The notes under the pieces were generated by a model. The model worked only from the letters and a program-made list of their open reading frames with translations, was not told where the DNA came from and did no database searches. The position numbers and the translations under genes are program-made. From the NCBI GenBank assembly GCA_946965045.2, contig OX337229.1:4216001-4280000 (forward strand): a stretch of 64,000 nt of DNA. Reading direction: 5' to 3'. Source of the stretch: Epithemia pelagica (taxonomy: Eukaryota > Protista > Bacillariophyta). Below are positions 1-10,764 of the stretch, in pieces; the stretch's first letter is position 1; every line of letters begins with the position of its first letter.

Positions 1-1214
1 ATCCAAGACTGTCATGATATATTGCATCATAGGATGTCCTTGCTCTTTGTTGAATACCATGTCGCGATATTGTGGTAGAGGAATCCATTCGGCACATTCA
101 ATTTCACTAATTTCGGGAATGGGATCAGGAATGATCACATTGCCATCGGTGTCTCGAGTCTCGACTGGATCCAAACGACATACAAAAAACAAATCCGATC
201 GTCCGTGAGTCAAACCGTGAGTTTGTCGAAAACCAAGGACACTATGAAACTTTGCCGCCACACCAGTTTCTTCCAATACCTGGAAGCAAGCAAGTATTAT
301 CCACACAAGATAATGGCAACGAGTATGCGACGACCGCCATGGCAAAACAAAACAAAGTGATTATGGGAAAATATTTCATGAGTGATTGAAAACCACACGA
401 AAGAACTGCAGATGTAGTAAGGATCACGCCATGACAAACATACCTCTCGTTCGACAGCTTGGTCAATATGTTCACCCAATTCGGTGAGACCAGTGGGCGT
501 TTTCCATGGCATATAGTTCCTTCGTTGTTCACGGACACAGAGAATTTCGTCACGGCTGTTAATTACGACGGCTCCCACACCGACATTGTGCGTGGCAAAG
601 TCAGGTATTTTGGATTCACCTTGCGTCAACCACAAATTCAACACAGCCGTCTCATCAAAGGCATGATGAAAGCGTAAACCACAGGCATGGAAATCTTCCA
701 GAAGACCGGCGCGGTTCATGGGTACATAGGCCCAAATGCTGGTTTTGCCAAGCTCTCGACAAGTTTGAATCGATGCCTCCAAGCGAGCTCGAAAGTGACT
801 TTTGTCAAAGGGATCCTCTAAAGCATCATTGCCATCTGCATCTTTCGTTTCACTGAAAGTCGACTCTGGTACCATTATTTTCGAAGAGTTATGGGAGCCT
901 TTCTCCATTGGCAAGAGATCTCTCCATCCATCTCCGTCTCCATCGGCGAGCACCGCTCCAGAGTCTGTCCGATTCATCACAAATGAATTGTCGTTAGTCG
1001 TTGAGCTAAGCCATCTCGCGGTCCTTGATACTAGGCCACAATGTTCGGTACTCCAATGAGGATTAGCGTTTCTTCCAATACTAGAGAGATGTCGTTGTTG
1101 AGATGTCGACGACAGCAGGAGTGCCGCAGGCAAGGAGGAAAGACGAAACGAGAAACCAGTTGAAAATGTCCAAGAGAGGGCAGCGGCTGCCAATCGAGTA
1201 GGAGTAGAATACAT
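1..1214 (-). CDS. Nudix hydrolase (NUDT6/plant Nudix-8-like), two exons (444..1214 and 1..279), 3' end runs off the window
   Basis: Exon 1 ends ...WKTPTGLTELGEHIDQAVERE. A GT..AG intron at 280..443 (GTATGT...TTCCAG) splices to VLEETGVAAKFHSVLGFRQTHG, restoring a complete Nudix box GLTELGEHIDQAVEREVLEETG. The N-terminus (MYSTPTRLAAAALSWTFSTGF) looks like an organelle presequence. Confidence 0.9.
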
Positions 1215-1901
1215 GGATATTCTTTGATTTCCTCTAGATATTGTGGAACAAAGCGAGCTTCTGTGACCTAGAGAAAGCAAACACATGAGGATATGGAAGA
1301 GAACTTGTTGCGTTTATCGCATTTTTGTTTGTCTAAACTGTCAACACTGAACACATCATCGCGACTCAAGACACGTCATTGTTCCGAATAGTGACGAGGA
1401 ATGGGTAGCGCTTTTCCTTGTACTCCTAGCACTACTACCTAGCTATCGAAAAACAACATGGGCCATCCGTATCCATAGTCTTTGTTGGCCTCAAACATTA
1501 CGATGGATCAACAGCTATTACGGAGATGCTGTGCATATAGAAGCAAAGCGAAAGTGTCTGGACCTCTGTGCAATGGAAAAACGGAACAATCGACCATCAA
1601 GAAGACAAAAAACCTCACATCACTCAAAGTCACCGTCTAAAATTGATAGCCCTAATGATCACATGATCAATAGCATTAGTTCGCAATCTCTTTCCTCCCG
1701 GCCACTGGAAATTAATGGAGATATAATTGATCCTTTAGACTTAGCGGCTGATGAGCATTTAAACCGAAATGTCTCAACTCTCGACAGTGTAATGTGCAAT
1801 GTCAGGGTGAATTTAGGTCCTGTAAGCATCGTTCATGCACCAGCTGTTGGTCAGGAACTTTTCCATATCACCAACATGGTTCCAGTCCTGTTAGACAAGA
1901 G

Positions 1902-2760
1902 CTACCATTTTCGAAAGGTCTTTTGGTGGAGATGGTAGTCCTTGTAAATCAATTCGGGAGGCACTCCGAACCGACTAAAAATCTTGACCGAGAACTGACG
2001 AAAGTAAACATGTCGGCCGAATACCGTCCCTACCGCAACCAACAACGTTGCATAGATGGGACTCATGACAACTATGGACGAGATGCGATAGGTCCAAGGT
2101 CCATCACGGAAACTTCCATCAATCCCCAGTATATCCTTCACTGCTGGTCGAACCTTTGCAAACAAGCACACAAAAAGAAGAAACACATCCCAATTGAGAG
2201 AAAACCAGCGCATCAATCAGGACAAGGAAGGAAGATTGTCAGCTGCACCATTTTTCGCGCCAGACAAAACGAAGTCCCCTCAATTTGCTCGTTCTCACCA
2301 CTAGCATGGTCGATGACCCAGTGATTCCAAAAACAGTGCAGATCAACAACATTTCTCGGTACCAGGCAAACGTATACCGTTCAGGCATTTCTTTTGGACC
2401 CAAAAACCGTTCCCAGAAGGAAGAACTTCTTGACGAAGCACCACCCGATGCGCCGTCCTGTTTCCCCGAAACTCGCACTATCTTTTCGGTATCCCTAACC
2501 ACATTCGTACTTTTCATTGATTTATTGGCAGAAGTCGACGACGACGTAGAGGAAGATCCATGACGAATCGGCCGTACATGTTGTTGATTATAAAAAAGCC
2601 ATGCTGGTTGTTGTTGTTGTTTCTGGGGTGTTCGATGAGTCAGGTATCCTCTGTATCCTCTATCGTGAATCAATTGACCACGGGCAAGACGTCTATAGGC
2701 AGCCTTGTATAAGGAACAACCTACAACTTTTCCTGAGGAGCTAAAGGCAATAGACAACAT
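1902..2760 (-). CDS. Small membrane protein, DUF6787-like, two exons (2299..2760, 1902..2153)
   Basis: An intron at 2154..2298 (GTGAGA...GCAAAG) joins ICTVFGITGSSTMLV to VRPAVKDILGIDGSFRDGPWTYRISSIVVMSPIYATLLVAVGTVFGRHVYF. There are two hydrophobic segments and an Arg/Ser-rich N-terminal presequence. Family assignment is from motif recall. Confidence 0.7.
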
Positions 2761-2897
2761 ATTCGAGGATGGTTTTCATCCCCTGGAGCCTGGATCATTG
2801 CACTCCCTTCTTTCTTGCTTCTTGCGCCTGTACGTCTTCCATTCACTACCCATATTTAGAAGGAGGGTAGCGACGATAGCTACCTAGAGAAACATTA

Positions 2898-3678
2898 GGC
2901 TATCTCCACCCGAGCGCCGCTATGCTGACGTATTGGGGGCCTCGCTATCCTTAGCGGAGCCAAAGGGAAATAAACTCCACGATCTCCGTTAAAAGAACGC
3001 CGCTATCTCGCGTTGCGCGTACGCATTGCGCATATGCCCTCTCTTGTTTCGGTTAAAAAGGGGTGCGGCCGCAGAAGTTGCGGAATTCAAACAAGACAAT
3101 CAACGAGAGACGAGAGCACAAAGCATAAACCAAAGATGGAGGACTCGTTGTTCTCCCTCTTCATTGTTGACTGTCATGGTGAATCATGTTGTTGTTCATG
3201 GCCAATGTAGATGTAGGTTGTAGGTTGCAGTCCAATCGTCCTATTGTATTCCCTGTCCGATTTCCGATTGATTGTCTGATAATCGAACACATCAAAAGTT
3301 TGATGCTTTGAATGATGCATTTGTTTGATTGTTGCATTCCTTCCGATCCGTGATCCTCAAATCATCTTGCTGTGCATGGTTCTTGTCCCATTGTAGGAAG
3401 TACGGAACACAACAATGGAAAAAGAGATGGTAAGCGATCGTCACAAATCAATACGTGCCATTGTCATGTTTTCGACACTAGAGAAACTGTTGGCAGCAGA
3501 CGTTAATTTATTTATGCCGACGGTTATATTTTGCTCCGCTATCCGCTATTTTCCCCGCTATTCGGGGCCCCAAATAGCGGCAAAAATAGCGGATAGCGAA
3601 GCTGTTTAGCGGTTAGAGGAGATGGTGGAGTTCGATAGCGGTTTTTGGACCTTTAGCGGCCCCGGAATGGAGATAGCC
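2898..3678. mobile_element. Non-autonomous PIF/Harbinger (Tourist-like) MITE, 781 bp
   Basis: Terminal inverted repeats GGCTATCTCCA...TGGAGATAGCC extend imperfectly to about 25 bp. TTA is duplicated on both sides (2895-2897, 3679-3681). Subterminal CGCTAT/ATAGCG motifs recur, and there is no coding capacity. Confidence 0.85.
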
Positions 3679-3684
3679 TTAGTA

Positions 3685-4155
3685 CAGGGTGACCGGAGTC
3701 TAATTATACCTTCACTTCCGGTCTAAAAGGGTATAATTATTTTAGACAGAGGTCGAGTCTAAAATAAAATTTATTTTTAGACTCTTAACCTTAACCCTTC
3801 AGTAGCGCCGCCACCACTGCGTGAGTACGAGACCGTTCTGCCTCATTCATCTCAATGACATCTCAATGAACAAAGTAAGGTCTCAGTTATCCTCTCTCAT
3901 GCTTAGAGAGTGCAAGAACAATGTCATCCATACCACCCAATAACTTCGATGATGAAGCTATGAGGTCCTCTGGATGTGTTGTCATAGACAATGCTCGCTC
4001 CTAGTAGCTGGCTGTCTAGGGTTAGGGTTATTGCATCGTCGTACAAAACCACGGTGAGATTTTAGACCCTGTTTTAGACATTTTATACAGTCTAATAGTA
4101 CTTTTAAATTTATTTTAGACCTGAAATATTCTAGACTGTCTACGCGGTCACCCTG
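3685..4155. mobile_element. Non-autonomous TIR element (MITE), 471 bp, 7-bp TSD
   Basis: 11-bp TIR CAGGGTGACCG...CGGTCACCCTG. CTTAGTA is duplicated at 3678-3684 and 4156-4162. Many subterminal GTCTAAAA/TTTTAGAC motifs. Confidence 0.85.
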
Positions 4156-4904
4156 CTTAGTACACTTACCTCTCTAGCCTCACGTTTCTCGTTGCTCGGG
4201 CGGTCTTGATCGTGCTTCGTAAATGAGATGGGCGATCACAAGTAAGGCCATGCCTCCGAAATATCTTCGCAAGACATGGATGCTTGTCGGTCGAGGTTGC
4301 CACACCCAAACCTTCAAACGTAGAGAGAGGATCCCCAATCTTCACCAGGCAAGCAGACAATCAACAAGCGACCTGGACTATTTCCCCGAAGGGTATAGTC
4401 AAGTCATCTCCGGGCGGGCGGGCGGGCGAAAGAAAAATATGTACGGAACCAATAGGTGATCAGATCCTTGATGACCCGTTCACTTCTTCTTTCCGACGAT
4501 TACTGAATCGTCAAAGTTCTGTTGGGACCGGTCATAGAATGACCGGCCCAACCGACGTTGTCTTGCATTGGGAGACTCTTGGGTGCAATGACCTTTCCTT
4601 GTTCGTCTGTCGGTCCCTTCTTGACCGGGGGCGGTACGATGCGAGATTAGACATAATATTATATTGGAGAGAGTGTGGTGATTGACAACATAAATAATCC
4701 TATAATTTAGAGCAACACAACATGCTAGACTTTGTCCCACTATGTTCATTAGAGTAATGCGATGGTGAGAGAGATTCTAGCGAGAATCACAGAAGCACAA
4801 AAATGATAACTGGGACTGGACAATGGTCATAAGTCATAAGGAATTACTCCTATAGACTAGAGGGATCGTGTGTCTTTCGTCTTTCCTCGTTTCCTATTCC
4901 ATAA

Positions 4905-6284
4905 CCCTCGGTATCAGTGTCCACTGCTTAGCTGTTTTTTGTCTGTGCGACCTTCATAGGTTCCCAAGTGGACACAGACAGAAAATTTCACTTTTCGTCT
5001 GTCCTTTTCACCAATATGATTCCTCGTGCTGGTGGAAATGCTGGCGTGCAAGTAGCCGTTGGCGGTTGGCACCTTCCTGTGACCGTGACCACGATTCAAA
5101 TTTGGAATCCTTTCATACTCGTCACAAAAATTTTCACGCGGTGTCAAAAACATCGACATTGACCATGAAGCGAGCTCTTTACGAATCCTTGTGACCTGAA
5201 GCAGTATTTTGGTTGGTTTTCTCTCTTGTTACTTGTTGTTTGTCTCTTAGCTTCTTTCATGCCCTGCATAGTTTTCTCACACGTTATCTCATTTATCTTT
5301 GTCCATGTTAAAGTTGATGGTTTGTTGTCCTTTGATTTCGTCGCAATGAAACAGAGGACAAGTCATTGTAGGCCATTTGCCACAACTTTTCCTTTGCTTT
5401 ATTCGAAGTGCTGTTTGATTGTTGGTTGGTTGTCTTCATATCTTTGTAGCATGTTTTTTTACACTCATCATTGTGTTTCGCCCATCCATCATCCGTGTCG
5501 ACCACAGAACCTTTCGTTGAGTGGTAGATCTAGATGACGACAACTGCAGCATCTTGTTGTCACTAGTCCTACTATAACTAGAGGAGTAGTCGTCATGGAT
5601 CATAGAGTCTATCGGATATGCTGGAAGATGGCTTCTTACCTGCTTCAGAGAGTCATGGTTGTTGAAAACAAGGAAATAACACGCTGCAACGATCTTACAA
5701 AACCTATGAAAGATGAGAACTAAACTACAGATAAAAACTCCTCCAAAATTCAAAGAAAAGAAGCTTTATGTTGTGGTTTCCAATTTTAAGCCGAGGCTCG
5801 AATGGAGAATAGGCATTCCATAGGCACAAAACTTTCGCTCTCAAAGAAGTGGAGAGAGACAGTTGGCGAATGGAGAATATCAGAAGAGAAAAACGAATAC
5901 AAGAGTGAGGGAGAAGTTAGAATGACAGTACAAGAGCTGTTGTCATGGAAACATTTTGTGCGTTCAAACTTACCTCAATTGCATGAAAGGCGACAATTCA
6001 TGCCATGCCATTGTGAACTGTGACGGCCTCTGTGTGATTTTATGGCGGATTTGGATGGCGCATTCTGCGAAGACCAACCAACCGTCATCCACGCAGGGCT
6101 GCTTGCTGGGCTTGCGTCTGTTTCATGAACTGTGAAAACTCCAGCTGGGTATGCGCGCCAATTTGCTTTTTAGCCATTTCCATTTGAGTCAAAAAGGAAA
6201 TTTTCTGTCTGTGTCCACTTGGGAACCTATGAAGGTGGCACAGACAAAAAGCAGCTAAGCAGTGGACACTACTGATACCGAGGG
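4905..6284. mobile_element. Non-autonomous TIR element, 'CCCTCGG' family, copy 1 (divergent)
   Basis: ~85-bp inverted repeats beginning CCCTCGGTATCAGTGTCCACTGCTTAGCTG. The same termini recur at 37274, 38587, 38679 and 57554. The internal sequence is recognisably related to, but diverged from, copies 2 and 3. Confidence 0.85.
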
Positions 6285-6569
6285 TTCTCGATTCAGGTAA
6301 CAAGCAACAACCAGAACTTTTGCTCCGTCAAAAAAGTCGGGCCTACCAATTACTAATGCCTCTTGCCTCTCAACACGCTATGTCCATCTCCATAATATTG
6401 TATCTTATCGACCCAATCAAAATGAAACGAAAAGTCTCAGGACACTACCAAGTTTTACAGCCTGAGCAAAGTAACGCATTGACACTTGACACCCTTAGTT
6501 TTTGGTCATATTTTCGGGTTGGATCTTCTTTCGTTGCTTCATTTGTCATACCAAAGAGCCAACGACAGG

Positions 6570-8591
6570 ATGATCAAAGCCATCCAGCGCCGTATTCAGA
6601 GGTCTCCGGATAAATCATTTTCGAAAGGTAATCTTCCAGGTTCCCGGTCTCGTCTCCACAAGAAACAAGCTAACGATAGGAAGGCAGAAAAGAACGCCAT
6701 TGTGAGGAAAAAAGATGATAGGCCCCACAAGAATCCGTCTGTTTCCGACTTTCAAGATCCCAAGAGCCTAAGAGCAGCGTTGGAAGGTCGCCTTTCTCTC
6801 AAGAAAAGCCATGGAGCTGGCTCATCCACGAAGACCAGTCGCAGCAGCAGTGATGATTCTTTTTCACTGAACCAGTCTGGTGCAGGGCTCTCCAATTCAA
6901 CCGATCATAGCATTAGCGACCTCAGTACAAGTACACCGGTCGAATGGACGTTGCCTTTGGTCGACAAGGAAACGAGTGAGCCTCAAACAATGGAACAAGA
7001 GTTTCAACGATTGCAAGTTTTGCAGAGTTACTTTGTTTTGGATACTCAAGGCGAAGTGGAATTTGACCGCATTACTCGGCATGCTTCCAAACTCTTTCAT
7101 GTTCCCATTTGTTTGGTATCTCTGGTTGATCTTGGACGACAATGGTTTCTGAGTCGGGTGGGGTTGGACGACAACGTGACCGAAACACCGCGAAAATATG
7201 CGTTTTGCGCCCATGCAATTTTGAGCAAACACAAGCAACTCATCGTGCCAGATGCCACCAAGGACATCCGATTCAAGGACAATCCGTTGGTTACAGGGGG
7301 CATCAAGATTCGCTTCTACGCTGGTGCAGCCTTGATCAGCCCCGAAGGATACAAGTTGGGGACTCTGTGTATCATCTCTCCAGAGGTCCGTCCCCAAGGA
7401 CTGACCGAATCGGAACAAGACACCTTACATGATCTGGCCGCCATGGTAGTGAGTTCCATGGTGGCGCGACGCAACCGATTGATGAACCAAGAGTACGAGT
7501 TCAGGCTTTGTCAACTGGCCCAGACATTTGTCGATACACAGGCAAGTCTGACAAGCGCCCAGACATCGATTGACAATGTTGTACAGAGGCACTCGGTGGG
7601 GATGGATACCAATGATACCCATGCCTTGACTGCCACGGCCAAGAGCCTCGCATTGCAATCACAGATATGTGCCGCTGCCACCCGGGGTCTTCTTCAAGAT
7701 CTACCGAGTCTTGGAGAAAGATCAAGCAACGTCGAGACAAATTTTTCCATCGAGGCATCAAAAACCGGCATTGGTAACAACGAAAGCGAGGGAAATCACA
7801 CATTTTCCCATCTGTTGGACAACATGTTGGAATACGATAAGATTGTGAATCCCAGGACGGATATTCAGAAGCTCTATGACAACCTCAACATTCTTTGTGC
7901 TCAATTTCCCCATCAAAATACTGTCACAGTGCAACTTGATTCGTCGGTTCCTCCTATTCTCATTGCCGAGGATTTGTTATTGTTTCGTTGCGCCATGAAT
8001 TTAATGACACATTGCATGGGTGCATCCAAAATCCATGATTGTGGAATGCGCATTCGCAACAAGAAAACTGCCTCTGGACATTCGTGCACGGATCTTGTGA
8101 TCGAATGTTACCAGGGTGGGCCACCAGTTTCACCCGAAAAGGCAAAGGAGCTTTTCCGAAACAAAGAGTCTCTGTTGGCACCCGTCGCAACCATGGTGCA
8201 AACACTCGGAGGTCGCTTTGGTATGTATGATGGAAATTGGACCCGTGATGACACGAAGAAGCACAATAGTCGGAGGCAGTCTTCCGACGGAACAGCCAAG
8301 GACTCGCCTGTAGCATCGTCCGTCCATTCCATTTACTGGATTGAAATTCCGTACGATCTACCCGAAAGTGACCCTATGGATGATGGATTTCCTGAAACAC
8401 AGTGTGAAATTCATCGTCCTCTTGCCGTCGGTGATTCCAGTGGAGATCAACGCAAGCTTAGCCAAATGGATCTGAAAACCGACCCTTTCCTTCAAGCCTC
8501 ACTTGTCGATATGGGTTGCGGAAACCATGGAACCACCCGAGTCGCTGCCGTCACAGCCAATCAGCTCAACACCAATGTTAGACCGCAGTGA
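6570..8591 (+). CDS. GAF-domain sensor protein with degenerate histidine-kinase-like C-terminus
   Basis: Canonical GAF domain: RLQVLQSYFVLDT...FDRITRHASKLFHVPICLVSLVD...FCAHAIL...VPDATKDIRFKDNPLV...IRFYAGAAL...GTLCII. The C-terminal region follows HATPase_c spacing with altered boxes. The likely start is Met at 6570. Confidence 0.85.
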   Translation: MIKAIQRRIQRSPDKSFSKGNLPGSRSRLHKKQANDRKAEKNAIVRKKDDRPHKNPSVSDFQDPKSLRAALEGRLSLKKSHGAGSSTKTSRSSSDDSFSLNQSGAGLSNSTDHSISDLSTSTPVEWTLPLVDKETSEPQTMEQEFQRLQVLQSYFVLDTQGEVEFDRITRHASKLFHVPICLVSLVDLGRQWFLSRVGLDDNVTETPRKYAFCAHAILSKHKQLIVPDATKDIRFKDNPLVTGGIKIRFYAGAALISPEGYKLGTLCIISPEVRPQGLTESEQDTLHDLAAMVVSSMVARRNRLMNQEYEFRLCQLAQTFVDTQASLTSAQTSIDNVVQRHSVGMDTNDTHALTATAKSLALQSQICAAATRGLLQDLPSLGERSSNVETNFSIEASKTGIGNNESEGNHTFSHLLDNMLEYDKIVNPRTDIQKLYDNLNILCAQFPHQNTVTVQLDSSVPPILIAEDLLLFRCAMNLMTHCMGASKIHDCGMRIRNKKTASGHSCTDLVIECYQGGPPVSPEKAKELFRNKESLLAPVATMVQTLGGRFGMYDGNWTRDDTKKHNSRRQSSDGTAKDSPVASSVHSIYWIEIPYDLPESDPMDDGFPETQCEIHRPLAVGDSSGDQRKLSQMDLKTDPFLQASLVDMGCGNHGTTRVAAVTANQLNTNVRPQ

Positions 8592-9731
8592 TCGAGTTCC
8601 ACTTGTTCAATACCATACATGGTTCCACAACTTTCATAGTATTATCGACCACGTGCCTTCTCGTGAAAATTAAAGGAAATGTATGCTTCTCTCTCCACTT
8701 CAACTTTAGTCTTGTCTGCTGGCTCATTGCTTCAAACTTCGATGTGGTCCAATCTCATAGAGAAACAAAGACGCACTAGTGTTTGTACTTGTCCATTGGG
8801 AGCAAGTTTGACACCGCTCGTTATTCATTGCGACCACGGATACCCTTTTGGTGTCACCAACGTGTGGCTGCTATTGGGCTCACATCATGGCCTTGTGTTT
8901 TCAGTGACCTCCACCCATGTCCAGGAATGAGGTCATCGCAACATCATCAACATCAACCAGGAAACAAACATCAAGACCTTCCCGAAAAATCTTCCAATTG
9001 TGATATCCTCTTAGCTACGGCTGCTAGGCAGACTCTACGCGCACAAGAATGCGTACGTGGCACATGGGGTGTCGGTAGACATGCAAAAATGAGGGATTAC
9101 CCCCCTAGCGGGGGTGGCTTATGGGGTGTAATTTCTCTGAGCCACCCCCATACCTATTTGCCAAAAATAACCTGTTTCCAGTCGGCCGGCATATCTCATT
9201 TCCTCCACCACGATAACAACACGGGTCATGGTGTTGCACAGGTTGTTGTGCACCTATTTGGACTTGTGAAACCTGTCTTCCTAGTCATAGACCTCAAACC
9301 AATAGTGCAGAATGCATCGGCATCACCAAAATTTAAAGGTTAAGGCTATTATGCATCAGACTCATAGGCGCCATGCCTCGTGGCACAGGTACGGAAGCGA
9401 CGTCTTGCCATTTCGAACGAAGCAACTCAAATGGACTATATGGCTCTTATCTTGCATTGTTTGGACACCTATTGGTACACAATACACATCACAGTAGTAG
9501 TTACACAGTGTATTGATAGCAAAACAGCAACTCTAATGTATGTTCACGCCATCATGGTCTCCTATTGTGCCGTATTACAGCGTCACTGTATTGGTCATTT
9601 CCTAGAATGGCCCGCATGCACTGTGCCCCTCACAATGCACTGCCATGGTACCGATATGAAGCATGTGATGGTCGGATCATGATGGGGTGGCCGTAGGAGG
9701 TCACCAGCAACGACAAAGTTTGATTGTCGTG

Positions 9732-10030
9732 TGTTGGAAATAATGAGCAAGAAAGAAAACACTGCAACGCGGGAACGCCTGACGAAACAAGACCAAAGAC
9801 AATGCGAGCAAGACCAAAGACAATGAAGAATATTATGGAGAATAAAGCGAGCAGGACGAGCCCCGCACGCGTGACATACGCTGACGTAGTCAGAAGAGGA
9901 AAGGCGAACAAATCGCCAACAAATGAGTCTAGAGCTCATTCTTTGGAAACAATCAAGCCAGTAAATTAGGATCATTTTCGACTTTACAGTATAGTGGGCA
10001 AAGCTGACGGCTACGACACTCTACTCAACA
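9732..10030 (+). repeat. Copia-1 5' LTR
   Basis: Direct repeat of 15723..16021; starts TGTTGG and ends CTCAACA. Confidence 0.95.
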
Positions 10031-10077
10031 TTGTTTCCAAAGAAAATCATTTTTCCTTTTTGTTGCACCTCTACTCC

Positions 10078-10764
10078 ATGAACACTGACCCTACAGTGAG
10101 ACACCTACAAGAAATCGACGAACTCATCCAAGAACTTGCCGAACTGAGTGTTCGCCAGCAAGAGATTGTCCGAAGGCTCAAGGACCTACGAGATCCATCA
10201 TCGGCGCCCGTGGCTACCGTGCCCGTGGCAAGAGCACAGCCCAGCGGATACGAAACGGGAGACAGTGAAGACGGAGAGGAAGCGTCTGAAGAACACACCG
10301 GAACTTTCAAGACGAGTCGGGAGTCGGTCTCAAGTGCAAGCATTGCCAGTTCCACAGTTGAAGTTGTCGGCACTTTTTCCCCCAGACCAAACAATCAGGT
10401 GATCTACACTCCCGCTGAGAGAGCAGCTTTGCAATCCGGCTGCAGTCTGTGGACGTCCGACGTCACAGGGAAGCGATATATTATACACCCCAGACGACGC
10501 AAATTTTGCGTGGGTGATATCGTCAAGGTCCTGAACCCAGCCTCACGTTTTTCCACCCGTGCACCGACGATCCGCGACGGAACAGGAGTTGTGGCCAAGG
10601 TGTGCGAGAAACAAGTGGTCATCCATACCGACAGCGGTCACGATCTAAGACGAGGACAAGGCAACGTCCGTTACCTATCGGCTCAGCGGGATGAGCAATA
10701 CGCAAGGGTCCAACCCGTCAAGCCCAGGCGGCGCCCCAACTACGCCCGGTACCACGCCGCCTAA
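10078..10764 (+). CDS. Copia-1 accessory ORF0: N-terminal coiled coil + C-terminal KOW/SH3-like beta domain (228 aa)
   Basis: Open frame from ATG 10078, upstream of gag and overlapping it by 74 nt. Motifs ELAELSVRQQEIVRRLKDL and FCVGDIVKVLNP...TGVVAKV...TDSG are matched by ORF 26508..27086. Confidence 0.75.
   Translation: MNTDPTVRHLQEIDELIQELAELSVRQQEIVRRLKDLRDPSSAPVATVPVARAQPSGYETGDSEDGEEASEEHTGTFKTSRESVSSASIASSTVEVVGTFSPRPNNQVIYTPAERAALQSGCSLWTSDVTGKRYIIHPRRRKFCVGDIVKVLNPASRFSTRAPTIRDGTGVVAKVCEKQVVIHTDSGHDLRRGQGNVRYLSAQRDEQYARVQPVKPRRRPNYARYHAA

Noticed and set aside
1531-2324. Plus-strand ORFs of 135 and 176 aa
   Set aside because: They overlap the 3' end of the spliced minus-strand gene and show no recognisable domain.
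3784-4030. Telomere-like TTAACCTTAACCCT and AGGGTTAGGGTTA
   Set aside because: Only about two units each, inside a MITE; not a chromosome end or a telomeric array.
4163-4902. Unassigned sequence with short ORFs and GGGC repeats between two TIR elements
   Set aside because: No termini, TSD or protein motif could be identified.
9595-9975. ORFs duplicated at both Copia-1 LTRs
   Set aside because: A consequence of LTR duplication, not independent genes.
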